Assembly: GCA_963757545.1 (NCBI GenBank)
Contig: CAVWSA010000025.1
Span: forward strand, 6,898 to 70,897
Direction: 5' to 3'
DNA length: 64,000 nucleotides
Source of the DNA: an uncultured Actinomycetes bacterium
GTDB taxonomy: Bacteria; Actinomycetota; Actinomycetes; Streptosporangiales; Streptosporangiaceae
The position numbers were made by a program, and so were the translations under genes. Of this stretch, positions 38,079 through 48,046 are shown one piece after another (the first letter of the stretch is position 1; every line of letters starts with the position of its first letter). The notes beneath the pieces were generated by a model that saw nothing but the letters and a program-made list of their open reading frames with translations, was not told where the DNA came from and did not search any database.

Positions 38079-41000
38079 TCAGCCAGGCCCGGTTTTGCGC
38101 AGCGATGGCCGCGTGGTGCGGCTCAGCTCGGTACCCGGTTCCGGCGGCGCTGGCGGCGGTCCGGCTGGCGGCGCACCGGCGGACGGCTCGGCTGCCGGCG
38201 GCGGCGCGGCTGGCGGCTCCGCGGCCGCGACCGCCCGCTGGTAGGCGTCGCGCAGCCGGGCCACCTCGGCCTGCGGGTTCGTGGAACCAGTTGGTGGACC
38301 ACAGCCGGTGGAAACTCCAGCCGAGCCGCTGCAGGTGCTCGCCGCGCAGCCGGTCCCGGTCGCGGACGCTGCCGCGAGGCGTGGTAGGACGCGCCGTCGG
38401 TCTCGATGGCCAGCACCATCCGGCTGACGTCGTCCGGGTGGGTGGCGGCGAAGTCGACCCGGTAGCCGCCGACCCCGTACTGCGGCACCACGGTGATCCC
38501 GCACGCGGCCAGCCGGTCCCGCACGTCGGCCTCGAAACGGGTTCAGCTCGGAGCGGCCCGACGCCTCGGCGCACGTGCCGCCCGGACCCGGCGTACTCCA
38601 GGTAGTCGGCCAGCAGCCGGGCACCGGCCTTGGTCACCCGGTCCGGGTCCACATCGTGCTGGAGAACGAGCTGACCAGGGTGAGCCGGTGCTTGGCCCGG
38701 GTCGCGGCCACGTTCAGCCGGCGCTCGCCGCCGTCGCGCAGCAGCGGGCCCCACTGGTACCGCATCCGGCCGTCCGGGTGCTTGCCGTACCCGATGGACA
38801 GGATGATCGCGTCCCGCTCGTCGCCCTGCACGCGCTCCAGGTTCTTGACGAAGAACGGCTCGGCCGTGTCCTCGGCGAAGAAGGCCTCCAGGTCGGGGTG
38901 CGCGGCCAGCGCGTCGCGCAGCGCCGCGTCGATCCGCTCCGCGTGCTTGATGCCGAGCGCGATCACGCCGAGCGACTGCCGCGGCTGGGTCCGGGCGTGC
39001 TCCAGGATCAGCTCGACCACCTTGTCCACCTCGGCCGTGACCGACACCTCCTGGCCCCGCTCCGGGCCCTGCGCCGACCACCACGTGGCGCAGGCAGTCG
39101 TCGCGCAGCACGCCGGGGAACGTGGTCAGCGCGCCGCCGTAGATGTGCGCGTTGGAGAACGCCACCAGCCGCTCGTCCCGGCTGCGGTAGTGCCAGGTCA
39201 GCGGCGCGGTCGGGAGCAGCGGGCGGAGCGCGTCGAGCACCGACTCGAAGCCCGCGCCGAACGAGACCAGGCTCTCGTCATCGTCCGGCTCGGCCGCCGT
39301 CGCCGTCATCGCCGAACTGGCGGAAGAAGTTGGTCGGCGGCAGCTGCCGGTCGTCCCCGGCGACCACGATCTGGTGCCCGCGCATGACGGACGGGATCGC
39401 GTCGGCCGGGACGATCTGGCTGGCCTCGTCGAAGATGACCACGTCGAACAGCCGGGTCGGCGGGCAGCACCTGGCTGACCATCAGCGGTGACATGGCCCA
39501 GCACGGCTTGAGCGCGAACAGCACGTCGCTGGTCTGGTCGAGCAGCCGCCGCAGCGGCAGATGGCCGGCGGCGCAGCGCCGCCTGCTTGCGGATGACCCG
39601 GGCCTGCAGCGGGTGCCGGTCCTGGGCGTCGCGCAGCCGGTCCGCCCAGGCGCGGCGGACCCGGCCGGCGTTGGCCGCCAGGTGCGCTATGTCCCGGACC
39701 CGGAAGTCGCTGGCGATCTCGTCCAGCGCGCCGCCGCGGTGCGCGGCATAGCCGCGGATCGCGGACCCGCATCTGATCCAGGATCGAGCGAGTACCACGC
39801 GTATCGAACGCGGCGGCGGCCAGCTCCGGGCCCGGCCTCGCGGCGGGCCAGCTCGTCCAGCAGCGGGCCGAGGCCCAGCTCGGCGAAGCCCGACGCGAGC
39901 TGGTACAGCCGGGGCAGCTGCCACGCGGTGTCCTGGTCCGCGGCCAGCTCGGCCAGCTGGACCGCGGGATCCTCGCCGGCAGCGAGACGTAACCGCGCAG
40001 CAGGCCCAGCTGCGCGTCGCAGTGCGCGCCGATCTCGGTCAGCTCCGGATAGCTGGCCGGCAGCCGGGGCAGGCCCTGCGTCGGTGCTCAGCTCGCGCCA
40101 CTGGCCCGAGCTCGGCCGGCGGCCGGCGCGGAGCTGCTGGTGCAGCTCCTCGCGGGGCGGCTCGGCCGTCGCCGATGGCCAGCGCGCGGGCCTGCTTGCG
40201 CAGCGCCCGGCGATCCAGGAAGCTCAGCCCGGCCCCGTCGCCCGTCGCGGCGGCCAGCCGGTCCGGGCCGGCCGCGTACACGGCTGGCCCGAGGTGACCG
40301 CAGCGGTCTGCGCGACCGCCGCGTACAGCCGCAGCACTGGCCACCGCGTCCGGGTAGCCGCGCGGCGGCCGCAGCCCAGGTCTCCGCCGCCGCGCGGGCC
40401 ACCCGGTGCAGCAGCGCGGGCAGCTCATGCGAGCTGAGCCGGGCCACGATGTCGCACGCCTGGCGGGCCTGGTCCGGGGTGCGCAGCGCGGCGCCGTACC
40501 ACGGCGTGCTGCCCGGGCGCAGGGTGAAGCCACCCAGGTGGGCGAACTCGCGCAGCTCGTCCCGGATCTGGTCGGCCGCCTCCCGGGTGATCTGCTCCGG
40601 CCCGGCCAGCCGGACCGGGGTGCGCGCTTCGTCCGGCCCGCCGAGCAGCGCGGCCTGCACCTCGAACGGGGTCAGCCCCCACGGCTTGTGCACGTCGTGC
40701 AGCGCGGTCGCGTGCTGGCTGAGCCGCTGCTGCCGGTCCACCAGGCGGCGGTGCAGGTCGGTCAGGTCCGGCGCCGGCGGTGCGCTGCGCTTCATCCAGG
40801 GTGTCGCCCAGGTCACGGGCGATGCGCAGCCGGTCCCGGGTGCCTTCGTGGATGTCCAGCACCATGCCGCCCAGGCCGACTCCCTTGAGCCGGGACAGCA
40901 CCGCGTCGATGGCGGCCCGTTTCTCCGCGACGAACAGCACCTTGCGGCCCCGGGCGACCAGGGTGGCGATCAGGTTGGCGATGGTCTGGCTCTTGCCCGG

Positions 41001-42026
41001 TGCCGGGCGGCCCGTGGATGACCAGGCTGCGCCCGGCCAGCACCGCGCCGATCGCGCTGCGCTGCGAGGAATCGGCGTCCAGCACCGAGTAGTCCTCTTC
41101 GGGGGAATCCAGCAGCGGCCCGCTGGCCTCGCCGATGGCCGGGTCGGCCGCGCCCAGGGATTCCTGCGCCTCCGGGTCGCCGGCGATGGCCGCCACCACG
41201 TCACTGTCGTCCAGTAGCTCGGCCGCGGCTCTGCAGGTCCCGCACCATGGGCAGCTTGGCGTAGGTGAACGTGCCGATCACCTGCGCGGTCGGTGATCGC
41301 GAAGCCGGGGACCTCGGCCGCCTCGGCGGCCCGGCCAGCAGCGGGCCGACCCGGCTGGCCGCGCTGCTCGGCCAGTTCCTCGGTGGCCGCGCCGAACACG
41401 CTGGCCAGCTTGTAGCAGCAGGACCGGGTTGACCTCATAGCTCGTCGTCCAGCACCAGCTCGAAGTCGTCGTGCCGGGCCCGGGTCGGCGTGATGGTCAG
41501 GCCGCGCAGCAGCACCGGCGCGGCCGGCTCGAGGAACAGCTCGTCCCAGCGCGCGATGCCGATGGCCAGGTAGCCGGCCCGGATGCCGCGCTCCTCCAGC
41601 AGTTCCCGGGCCTTGCGGTGGATGACCTGGACCCGGCGGATCGCGTCGGCCCGTGCGTCGACGTCGTGGAACAGCCGGGTCAGCCGGGTCGAGCCGGTGC
41701 GCAGGAACCGGTCCAGCGCGGCCGGGTCGGCGGCGGCCAGGTCCAGCGTGCCGGCCCGGCGGTCTTTGTAGTAGAGCAGCGTGTTGCGGCCGCCCAGGTC
41801 GGTCAGCGCGGCGACCCAGCGGGCCTGCGCCGCCGCGATGAGCTCGGCGCGGCGCCGGTCGGCCGGGTCACCGCCATCCGCCGGGTCACCGCCATCCGCC
41901 GGTCGCGCCGTCCGCCGGCTCGCGCCATCCGCCTCGGCGCCATCCGCCTCGCGCCATCCGCCGCTCAGCATCAGCCAGCCGCTCGCCGTCGTCCGCCTGC
42001 TCGCTGTCGTCCCGCTGCTCAGCCAT
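38079..42026 (-). pseudogene. DUF4011 + superfamily-1 helicase (AAA_11/AAA_12) + DUF559/Vsr-like endonuclease protein (~1300 aa), heavily frameshifted
   Basis: Recognisable blocks, in order:
- LTDLGGRNTLLYYKDRRAGTLDL (DUF4011)
- [41 protein letters not shown] (Walker A)
- [12 protein letters not shown], then HQIVVAGDDRQLPPT
- WHYRSRDERLVAFSN
- VQGDERDAIILS and [16 protein letters not shown]
- VDFAATHPDDVSRMVLAIETDGASYH...DRDRLRGEHLQRLGWSFHRLWSTNW (DUF559-like)
The blocks are spread over at least ten frame switches, and an in-frame TGA lies at 41435-41437. The start is ATG 42026, or ATG 41971. Confidence 0.75.
41865..41966 (-). repeat. coding tandem repeats in the helicase N-terminus: (ADGAE)x3 and (PADGGD)x2
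   Basis: On the plus strand, GGGTCACCGCCATCCGCC occurs x2 (41865-41900). GCGCCATCCGCCTC-type 15-nt units occur x3 (41917-41966). Confidence 0.5.
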
Positions 42027-42494
42027 GGCTGGTTCTCCGTCCGTGCGGTCAGCGGGTAGCTAACTTGCCCGCTGCGCCCGATCCATTCCATTCCTCCGCG
42101 GCCAGCTGAAAATTCCTCTGGCCGGTCCGGATGGGCCGCACGCCGTGCCTGGTCAGGGGGTTCACCGCAATCACCGGGGCGCGGCCATGAGGCAGCCCCA
42201 ATCCGCCTCGCCGCGGCATGGCGGGCCGGGGTTCCGGTTGGCGGCCCGCACCCGGACGGCCGGCTGCGTTCAGCACGCCAACGGTTCCAGCTCGCACCCG
42301 GGCAACACCGGCTGCGGCACAGCGATATCTAATGGCCGGGCAGAATCCCAATCCGGCCCGCACACTTACTGGCCGACCCCATCCCGGCATAGTTACTTTG
42401 CCAAACTTTGCCGTTCTGATCAGGCGGATACGGCGCTGACCTAACGGTTTCCCGCTATACGCGGGGATAGAATTCCGGTGCGACACGACGCAAC

Positions 42495-43043
42495 ATGCCA
42501 GGGAGACAACGTATTTGGTTCTGCATCTTTTTTCGCGGCTTTCTGGGCCACACGGGAAAGAATGCAGACAATTCCTGGCTGCTCCAGACTGACGGATCAG
42601 GATACGGGGGACATCTTGACCGGCAAGTGGATAAGGCCGGTGTCGCGGCCCGGGAAGGCGTCGCCACCACGGGCTGGAACGTGACCGCCGTTACCACGGG
42701 GTTCCTGTTCGGCACCATCCCGCTGCCAGCTCCGCCTTCGCCCGCCACGACATCGCTCACGACCAACGGCAGCGCGAGCGTATTCGGCAGCAGCACGGGC
42801 CCGAGTGCTACCTGCGCCACGGGGTTGACGTGCACGGCGCCGACCAACGTGAACACCTACCGGGTGTCCATCGGCACCACGACACCGCTCACCATCTTCG
42901 ACAACACCAGGGGCGGGCTGGGGTCGATCAACATCGGCGCACCCGGCACCGATCCGGTGGGCTGGTGGCTGAACGTGCCGGCGAGCACCCTGGCCGGCAC
43001 GTACACCGGCACGGTCACCCTGGTGGTCAACTCCGGGCCATAA
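42495..43043 (+). CDS. hypothetical protein; only the C-terminal ~130 aa look protein-like (beta-rich, WxL-like ending); possibly a 5'-truncated remnant
   Basis: Track ORF 42495..43043. The sequence reads TTGWNVTAVTTGFLFG...TYRVSIGTTTPLTIFDN...GWWLNVPASTLAGTYTGTVTLVVNSGP. No signal peptide appears in any frame upstream. The 5' part lies in a low-GC stretch. Confidence 0.3.
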   Translation: MPGRQRIWFCIFFRGFLGHTGKNADNSWLLQTDGSGYGGHLDRQVDKAGVAAREGVATTGWNVTAVTTGFLFGTIPLPAPPSPATTSLTTNGSASVFGSSTGPSATCATGLTCTAPTNVNTYRVSIGTTTPLTIFDNTRGGLGSINIGAPGTDPVGWWLNVPASTLAGTYTGTVTLVVNSGP

Positions 43044-43394
43044 GGTCCACGCGGACCGAAGCCGCAGAAGTTAGGACCCGCCGCAGGCCACCTGCCTGGG
43101 GCGGGCCCCGACGTCCGCGCCACCTCTCAGCCTGCTGGGTCGATTCCGTTCCCGGCTGGAGCCATCGCAGGCAACCGCGCAGCGGCCTGAAATTTCACCT
43201 GGGCGATTCCCGGCGGGTGGCTCGTCACGGCAGGTCACCGGCACCGCGCGGATGAGCGGGCGGGACCGCCGCCTGGCCGGCTGGAGGGGGCCTGGTTACG
43301 GTGTGGGCGCGCGGTGCCCCCGCCTCTCCGCGGGGCCGCGGCGCCCGATCCCGGGCCGCCGACCTGGCTCCGCCGCCGCCACCGGAGCGCAGCC

Positions 43395-46215
43395 ATGACG
43401 ACGAAGACCCGTAACCCCAGCCTCCGCAGCCGGTTAGCGGCCCGCCCCGGGCCCCGGCTGGCCACCCGGTCCCGGCACCGGGCAGCGGCCCGCGCCCGGC
43501 GGCCGGCCGCGCTGCTCGCCGCGGGCGGCCTGGCCGCGGCGCTGCTCAGCGCGGTGGCCGCGGCGCCGGCCCAAGCCGCGACGCTGCCCGACACCCCGGG
43601 CTACAGCCTGCCGCTCGCGCTCCAGGAGTCGCTGTACTTCTACGACGCGCAGAAGTCCGGGCCCGGCCCGGACCGACGGCGACCAGCCGCTGCCCTGGCG
43701 CGGCGACTCCGAGCCGTCGGACAGTTGCGTACCGCTGCAGCCAATGGCCAACCATGTGGGCACCAACATGTCGGCCGCGTTCATCGCGGCCAACAAGTCC
43801 GTGCTCGACCCGGGCAACACCGGCTGCGTGAACCTGTCCGGCGGCTTCCACGACGCCGGCGACCACGTGAAGTTCGGCCTGCCGCAGTCCTATGCCGCCG
43901 CCGTGCTGGGCTGGGGAATGTACGAGTTCCCGCAGGCCTACCAGGCCACCGGCACCTGGGCGCACGCCATGGACGAGATGAAGTGGTTCAGCGACTACTT
44001 CCTCCGGTCCACGTTCCTGAACTCGTCCGGCCAGGTGGTCGCGTTCGCCTACCAGGTCGGCGAGGGGGGGGTGGACCACGACTACTGGGGGCCGTCCGAG
44101 CTGCAGAGCGCGACCACCTACCCGCGGCCGGCCTACTTCGCGACCAGCCAGACACCGGCCGCCGACCAGACGGCCAGCGCGGCGGCCGCGCTGGCCGTCG
44201 AGGCGATCCTGACCGCCAGCAGCAACGCCAGCTACTCGGCCAAGTGCCTGCAGTACGCCGAGGCGCTGTACACGTTCGCCCGGGCCAACCCGGGCACCGG
44301 CTACTCCGGCGGCTTCTACCCGTCCAGCGGGTACGTCAGCGAAGAGGCCTGGGCGGCCGACTGGCTGTACCTGGCCACCGGGAACTTCAGCTACATCAAC
44401 GACATCATCGCGACCAACGCCAGCGGCGCGTTCACCGGCTATCTCAGCAACATCATCACCAGCCCGGGATCGACCTGGCAGAACACCTGGGTGATGAGCT
44501 GGGACTCGCGCTGGGGCGGGGTGTTCTCGGTGCTCGACCCGATCGTGCAGGGAAACGCGAACGTGCCCGCCGCGACCCAGGCCGACATCCACTACTTCGA
44601 CAAGTGGCAGGTGCAGTACTGGTCGCACGTACCGCACGACAGCAGCAACGACACCAACTTCATCGCCACCACGCCGGCCGGGTTCTCCTACCTGACCAGC
44701 TGGGGCTCGGCCCGGTACAACACCGCCGCCCAGCTGGAGGCGCTGGCCTACCGGAAGAACTTCCCCACCGACCCGGACAGCGTGCTGTTCAGCAACTGGG
44801 CCATGGGCCAGATGAACTACCTGATGGGCGACAACCCGGCAAGCTGGTCCTACATCGTGGGCTTCGGCTCGAACGTGCCCGGGGTGGGATCCGAGGTCGG
44901 CGGCAGCGCGACCGCGGCGACGCATCCGCATCATGGTGACGCGCAGGGCTCGCTGACCAACAGCCAGAGCGACCCGGCGACCGACAAGCACATCCTGTGG
45001 GGCGCGCTGGTCGGCGGGCCCAGCTCGGCCGACCAGCCGGACGACGTGACCACCGACTTCGTGCTGAACGAGGTAGCGGTGGACTACAACGCGGCCTTCG
45101 TCGGCGCGCTGGCCGGGCTGTACCAGTACTACGGGCAGAGCCAGCCGATGACGAATTTCACCCCGCCCACCGAGCCGCAGGGCAACTGCGCCGAGTACCA
45201 GCAGACCTGCTCGGCCCCGTACTACGCCACGGCCACCCTGAACCAGGACAGCAACCAGGGCACCCAGCTCACCGTGACCATCAACAACATGGCCGACGAG
45301 CCGCCGCACCGGCAGTCCGGGATGAGCGCCCGGGTGTACTTCGACATCAGCTCGCTGCACGCGCAGGGCCAGGACATCAGCGACATCTCCACCCCGGTGT
45401 ACTACGACGCGGCCGACCAGATCGACGGCACGGCCACCTCGGTCAGCGCGCCGGTGCAGTGGGGGGACGCGAACAGCTGCGTCTACTACGTCACGGTCAA
45501 CTGGGGCAGTGACCAGATCGGGCTGCCGCCGTCCCGGGCCTTCGAGTTCGGCATCGACGCGGCGATCGGGCCGCAGTACAAGTTCTACTGGAACTCGGCC
45601 AGCTCCCCGTTCATGACCGGCCTGGCCGCGGGCACGTACGCGTCCACCCCGGACCCGTACATCCCGGTCTACATCAACGGGCAGCTCGCCTACGGGCAGA
45701 CGCCGTCGCTGACCGCGGACGAGGGCTGCGGTTCGTCCGGCAGCGGCGGTGGCGGCACCCCGTCGGTGACCGCCGAATACGAGGCGTCCAGCACCGCGGC
45801 CAGCACGTCGACCATCAGCAACCAGATCGAGCTGGTCAATGACGGCACCTCGGCCATCCCGCTGGCCGACCTCACGGTGCGGTACTGGTTCACCGAGGAC
45901 GGCACCGGCCCGCTCGACTACGTGTGTGAGTACGCGCCGGTCGGCTGCGCCAACATCACCGGCACGTACGCCGCGGTCAGCCCGGCGGTGACCGGCGCCG
46001 ATCACTACCTGCAGCTCAGTTTCGGCAGCGGGGCCGGATCGCTGGCGCCCGGCGCGAGTACCGGCGGCATCCAGAACGAGCTGTTCCAGAGCAGCTACGC
46101 CACGATGACGCAGACCAACGACTACTCGTTCAACGCGGCCGACACCAGCTTCACCGCCAACCCGGACATCACCGTGTACAACAACGGCACCCTCATCTAC
46201 GGCACCGAACCCTAA
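43395..46215 (+). pseudogene. GH9 endoglucanase with CBM3c-like and C-terminal CBM3 modules, one frame change near 43670
   Basis: The signal and start (MTTKTRNPSLRSRLAARP...AAPAQAATLPDTPGYSLPLALQESLYFYDAQKSG) are in frame 43395. The rest is in frame 43744: LSGGFHDAGDHVKFGLP, DHDYWGP, NEVAVDYNAAFVGALAG, then a CBM3c-like module, a Ser/Gly linker, and CBM3 (LADLTVRYWFTEDGTG...NDYSF...IYGTEP). The length is 3n+1. Confidence 0.85.
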
Positions 46216-46247
46216 TTCTGCTTAACGCCAGTACCCGCGACTCAACA

Positions 46248-46291
46248 GCGCGGTGACTTTGTGGTCGCCGGTGACCACAAACTCACCGCGC
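46248..46291. terminator. bidirectional palindromic terminator between the convergent cellulase and PL4 genes
   Basis: GCGCGGTGACTTTGTGGTC (46248-46266) pairs with GACCACAAACTCACCGCGC (46273-46291): a 19-bp stem with one mismatch and a 6-nt loop. Confidence 0.6.
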
Positions 46292-46311
46292 TGATGAATT
46301 CCGTCGCCGGG

Positions 46312-48036
46312 TCAGTACATTTCGATGCAGTCGTAGCTGACGGCCGGGCTGAGCCAGTCGCTCAGCGCGCTGGACCCGCTGATCACGGTGATCGTCATCG
46401 TGTTGCTGCCGGCCAGGAACGCGCTGGCCGGCACCGGGTAGCTGTACAGCGTGTTGTTGCCCCGGTAGGTGCCGATGGTCAGGCTGCGCGACGACGGCTG
46501 GCTGGACGGCGACGGCGCGGCCGACGTCCAGTTGTTCACGGTGATCTGCGGCCGTCCGCCGGCGTACGCGGCGGTGATCCCGATCCGCACGGTGCGCGCC
46601 GCGACCTGGCTGGACGACAGGGTGAACTTCACCGTGGTCGGGTTGTTCACGTCCTTGAACTGGTAGGCCGGGAAGTCCGCCGCCGAGCTGCTGCCCACCG
46701 TGTAGGTGACCGGCCCCCAGCTCGCCATCCGGCTGTCCGACGGGTGCATCCAGGTCAGGTTGGCCCAGTTCAGGAAGCCGCTCGGGGTGCCGTCCCAGGT
46801 GCCGATCCGGAACACCGGCGCGGCCGGGGTAAGCCAGGCCGAGTCGATGTTCTGCCCGGTCGTCTCGGCCCCGGCGGAGACCGTCACGGTCCGGGTGGCG
46901 ACGGCCAGCTCGCCCTGGTACAGCGTCTGGGTGTACGTGCCCGGCTTCATCAGCGGGCTGGCGAAGTCACCGTTGGACTGCGGCGTGGCCCAGTACTGCG
47001 CGGCCGGGTTGGCCCAGCCCACCGTGACCGCGGCGCCGGCGGTCACCCCCGAGGCCGCGCCGACCACATAGCCGCGGCCGGCCGGGGCGACCGAGCCGGT
47101 GAAACCGAAGTCGTACATAAAGCTCATGTCCGGCGCGGCCGGCGCGCTGGTCCCGCCGACCAGCAGCGCGTACGGCCCGTACAGCACGCCCAGCCGCTGC
47201 GCCTCGGTCTGGTTGTGCGCCGACCACAGGTAGTTGTACAGCTGGCTGTCCGTGCTGCCCTGCTGCTCGATGTCCCGGAAGAACGGCCCGCCCGCGCTGC
47301 TCTCCCGGTTGCCGTAGGCCATCCACACGCCGATGCCGCTGCCGGTGACACCGCGCACGGTCAGGTTCATCGCCTGCCGGTTCGAGTAGTACTTGGACCG
47401 GGTCTGCCCGTCCAGCAGGTAGATGTCGGTGGACTCGATCGCCGTCCCGCCGTTGATCTCGGCTGGGGTGTACACCGTGCTGATCACGCTGGCGTTCAGC
47501 CGGCTGATCCAGCGCAGCTCGCCCGCCCCGGCCGAGTTGACGTACGTCGCCAGGTAGATGTTGTTCTGGCCGCTCACCGCGACCAGGTAGTGGATCAGCG
47601 TGCCGCTGCCATACCAGTCGGTCACCGACTCGGTGATCACGATGTAGTTGCCGGTCTGCGTCGCGGTGACCGTGGCCCCGGCGCCCAGGCCCGACTCCAC
47701 CTGCGAGAACGAGGTCTGGTCCTGCAGCTCGGTGCCGTTGTAGCTGAGCGAGGTCATGTCGCCGTCCGACTGGCTGATCTTGAACGTGAGCCCGGCCCCG
47801 GTGCTCACCGTGTAGTAGCCGCCGCTGCTGGTGTAGCCGAACGCGGTGGCCGCGCTGGCCGGCGCGATCCGGCCCGCCACCGCGTCCGCCGCGGTGCCGG
47901 CCAGCCCGAGGGCCAGGCCGCTGGCGGCGGCGCCAGTGAGGAACCGGCGCCGCCCCAGGCGGCGGGGCCCGGGCGATGCGCTCTGTTGGTCCGGGGGGAC
48001 GACCCCCCTGGACCCCCCGGGAAAGCTGAACGTCAT
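46312..48036 (-). CDS. rhamnogalacturonan lyase (PL4 family) with a Tat-type signal
   Basis: RRRFLTGAAASGLALGLAGTAADA. The overall resemblance to RhgB-type lyases (FGYTSSGGYYTVSTGAGLTFKISQSDGDMTSLSYNGTELQ..., C-terminal beta-sandwich modules) is judged from memory. ATG 48036 is preceded by GGGGAGGGG. Confidence 0.75.
   Translation of the reverse strand: MTFSFPGGSRGVVPPDQQSASPGPRRLGRRRFLTGAAASGLALGLAGTAADAVAGRIAPASAATAFGYTSSGGYYTVSTGAGLTFKISQSDGDMTSLSYNGTELQDQTSFSQVESGLGAGATVTATQTGNYIVITESVTDWYGSGTLIHYLVAVSGQNNIYLATYVNSAGAGELRWISRLNASVISTVYTPAEINGGTAIESTDIYLLDGQTRSKYYSNRQAMNLTVRGVTGSGIGVWMAYGNRESSAGGPFFRDIEQQGSTDSQLYNYLWSAHNQTEAQRLGVLYGPYALLVGGTSAPAAPDMSFMYDFGFTGSVAPAGRGYVVGAASGVTAGAAVTVGWANPAAQYWATPQSNGDFASPLMKPGTYTQTLYQGELAVATRTVTVSAGAETTGQNIDSAWLTPAAPVFRIGTWDGTPSGFLNWANLTWMHPSDSRMASWGPVTYTVGSSSAADFPAYQFKDVNNPTTVKFTLSSSQVAARTVRIGITAAYAGGRPQITVNNWTSAAPSPSSQPSSRSLTIGTYRGNNTLYSYPVPASAFLAGSNTMTITVISGSSALSDWLSPAVSYDCIEMY
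47989..48023. repeat. family-1 hairpin copy D, inside the 5' coding end of the PL4 gene
   Basis: CCGGGGGGACGACCCCCC (47991-48008) followed by TGGACCCCCCGGG. It is translated as ...GGSRGVVPPD... in the Tat n-region. Confidence 0.55.
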
Positions 48037-48046
48037 CGCCCCTCCC

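Noticed and set aside
41435-41437. In-frame TGA in the helicase as possible selenocysteine or programmed recoding
   Set aside because: Two further frame switches lie within 40 nt, there is no SECIS-like hairpin immediately downstream, and the gene has many other disruptions. Plain inactivation or sequence error is far more likely.
42049-42486. 145-aa minus-strand ORF in the low-GC patch upstream of the helicase
   Set aside because: It has no domain-like sequence, no RBS and atypical composition for this genome. It more likely spans degraded non-coding DNA.
43546-46005. 819-aa minus-strand ORF opposite the GH9 cellulase. The same type occurs at 46261..48102(+), 26432..28699(-), 3526..5562(+), 54377..56212(+), 60088..61578(-), 6364..7716(+) and 12565..14241(-).
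   Set aside because: All are antisense to genes with clear family motifs, have extreme Arg/Pro/Gly/His composition and contain no recognisable domain. They are GC-driven shadow ORFs.
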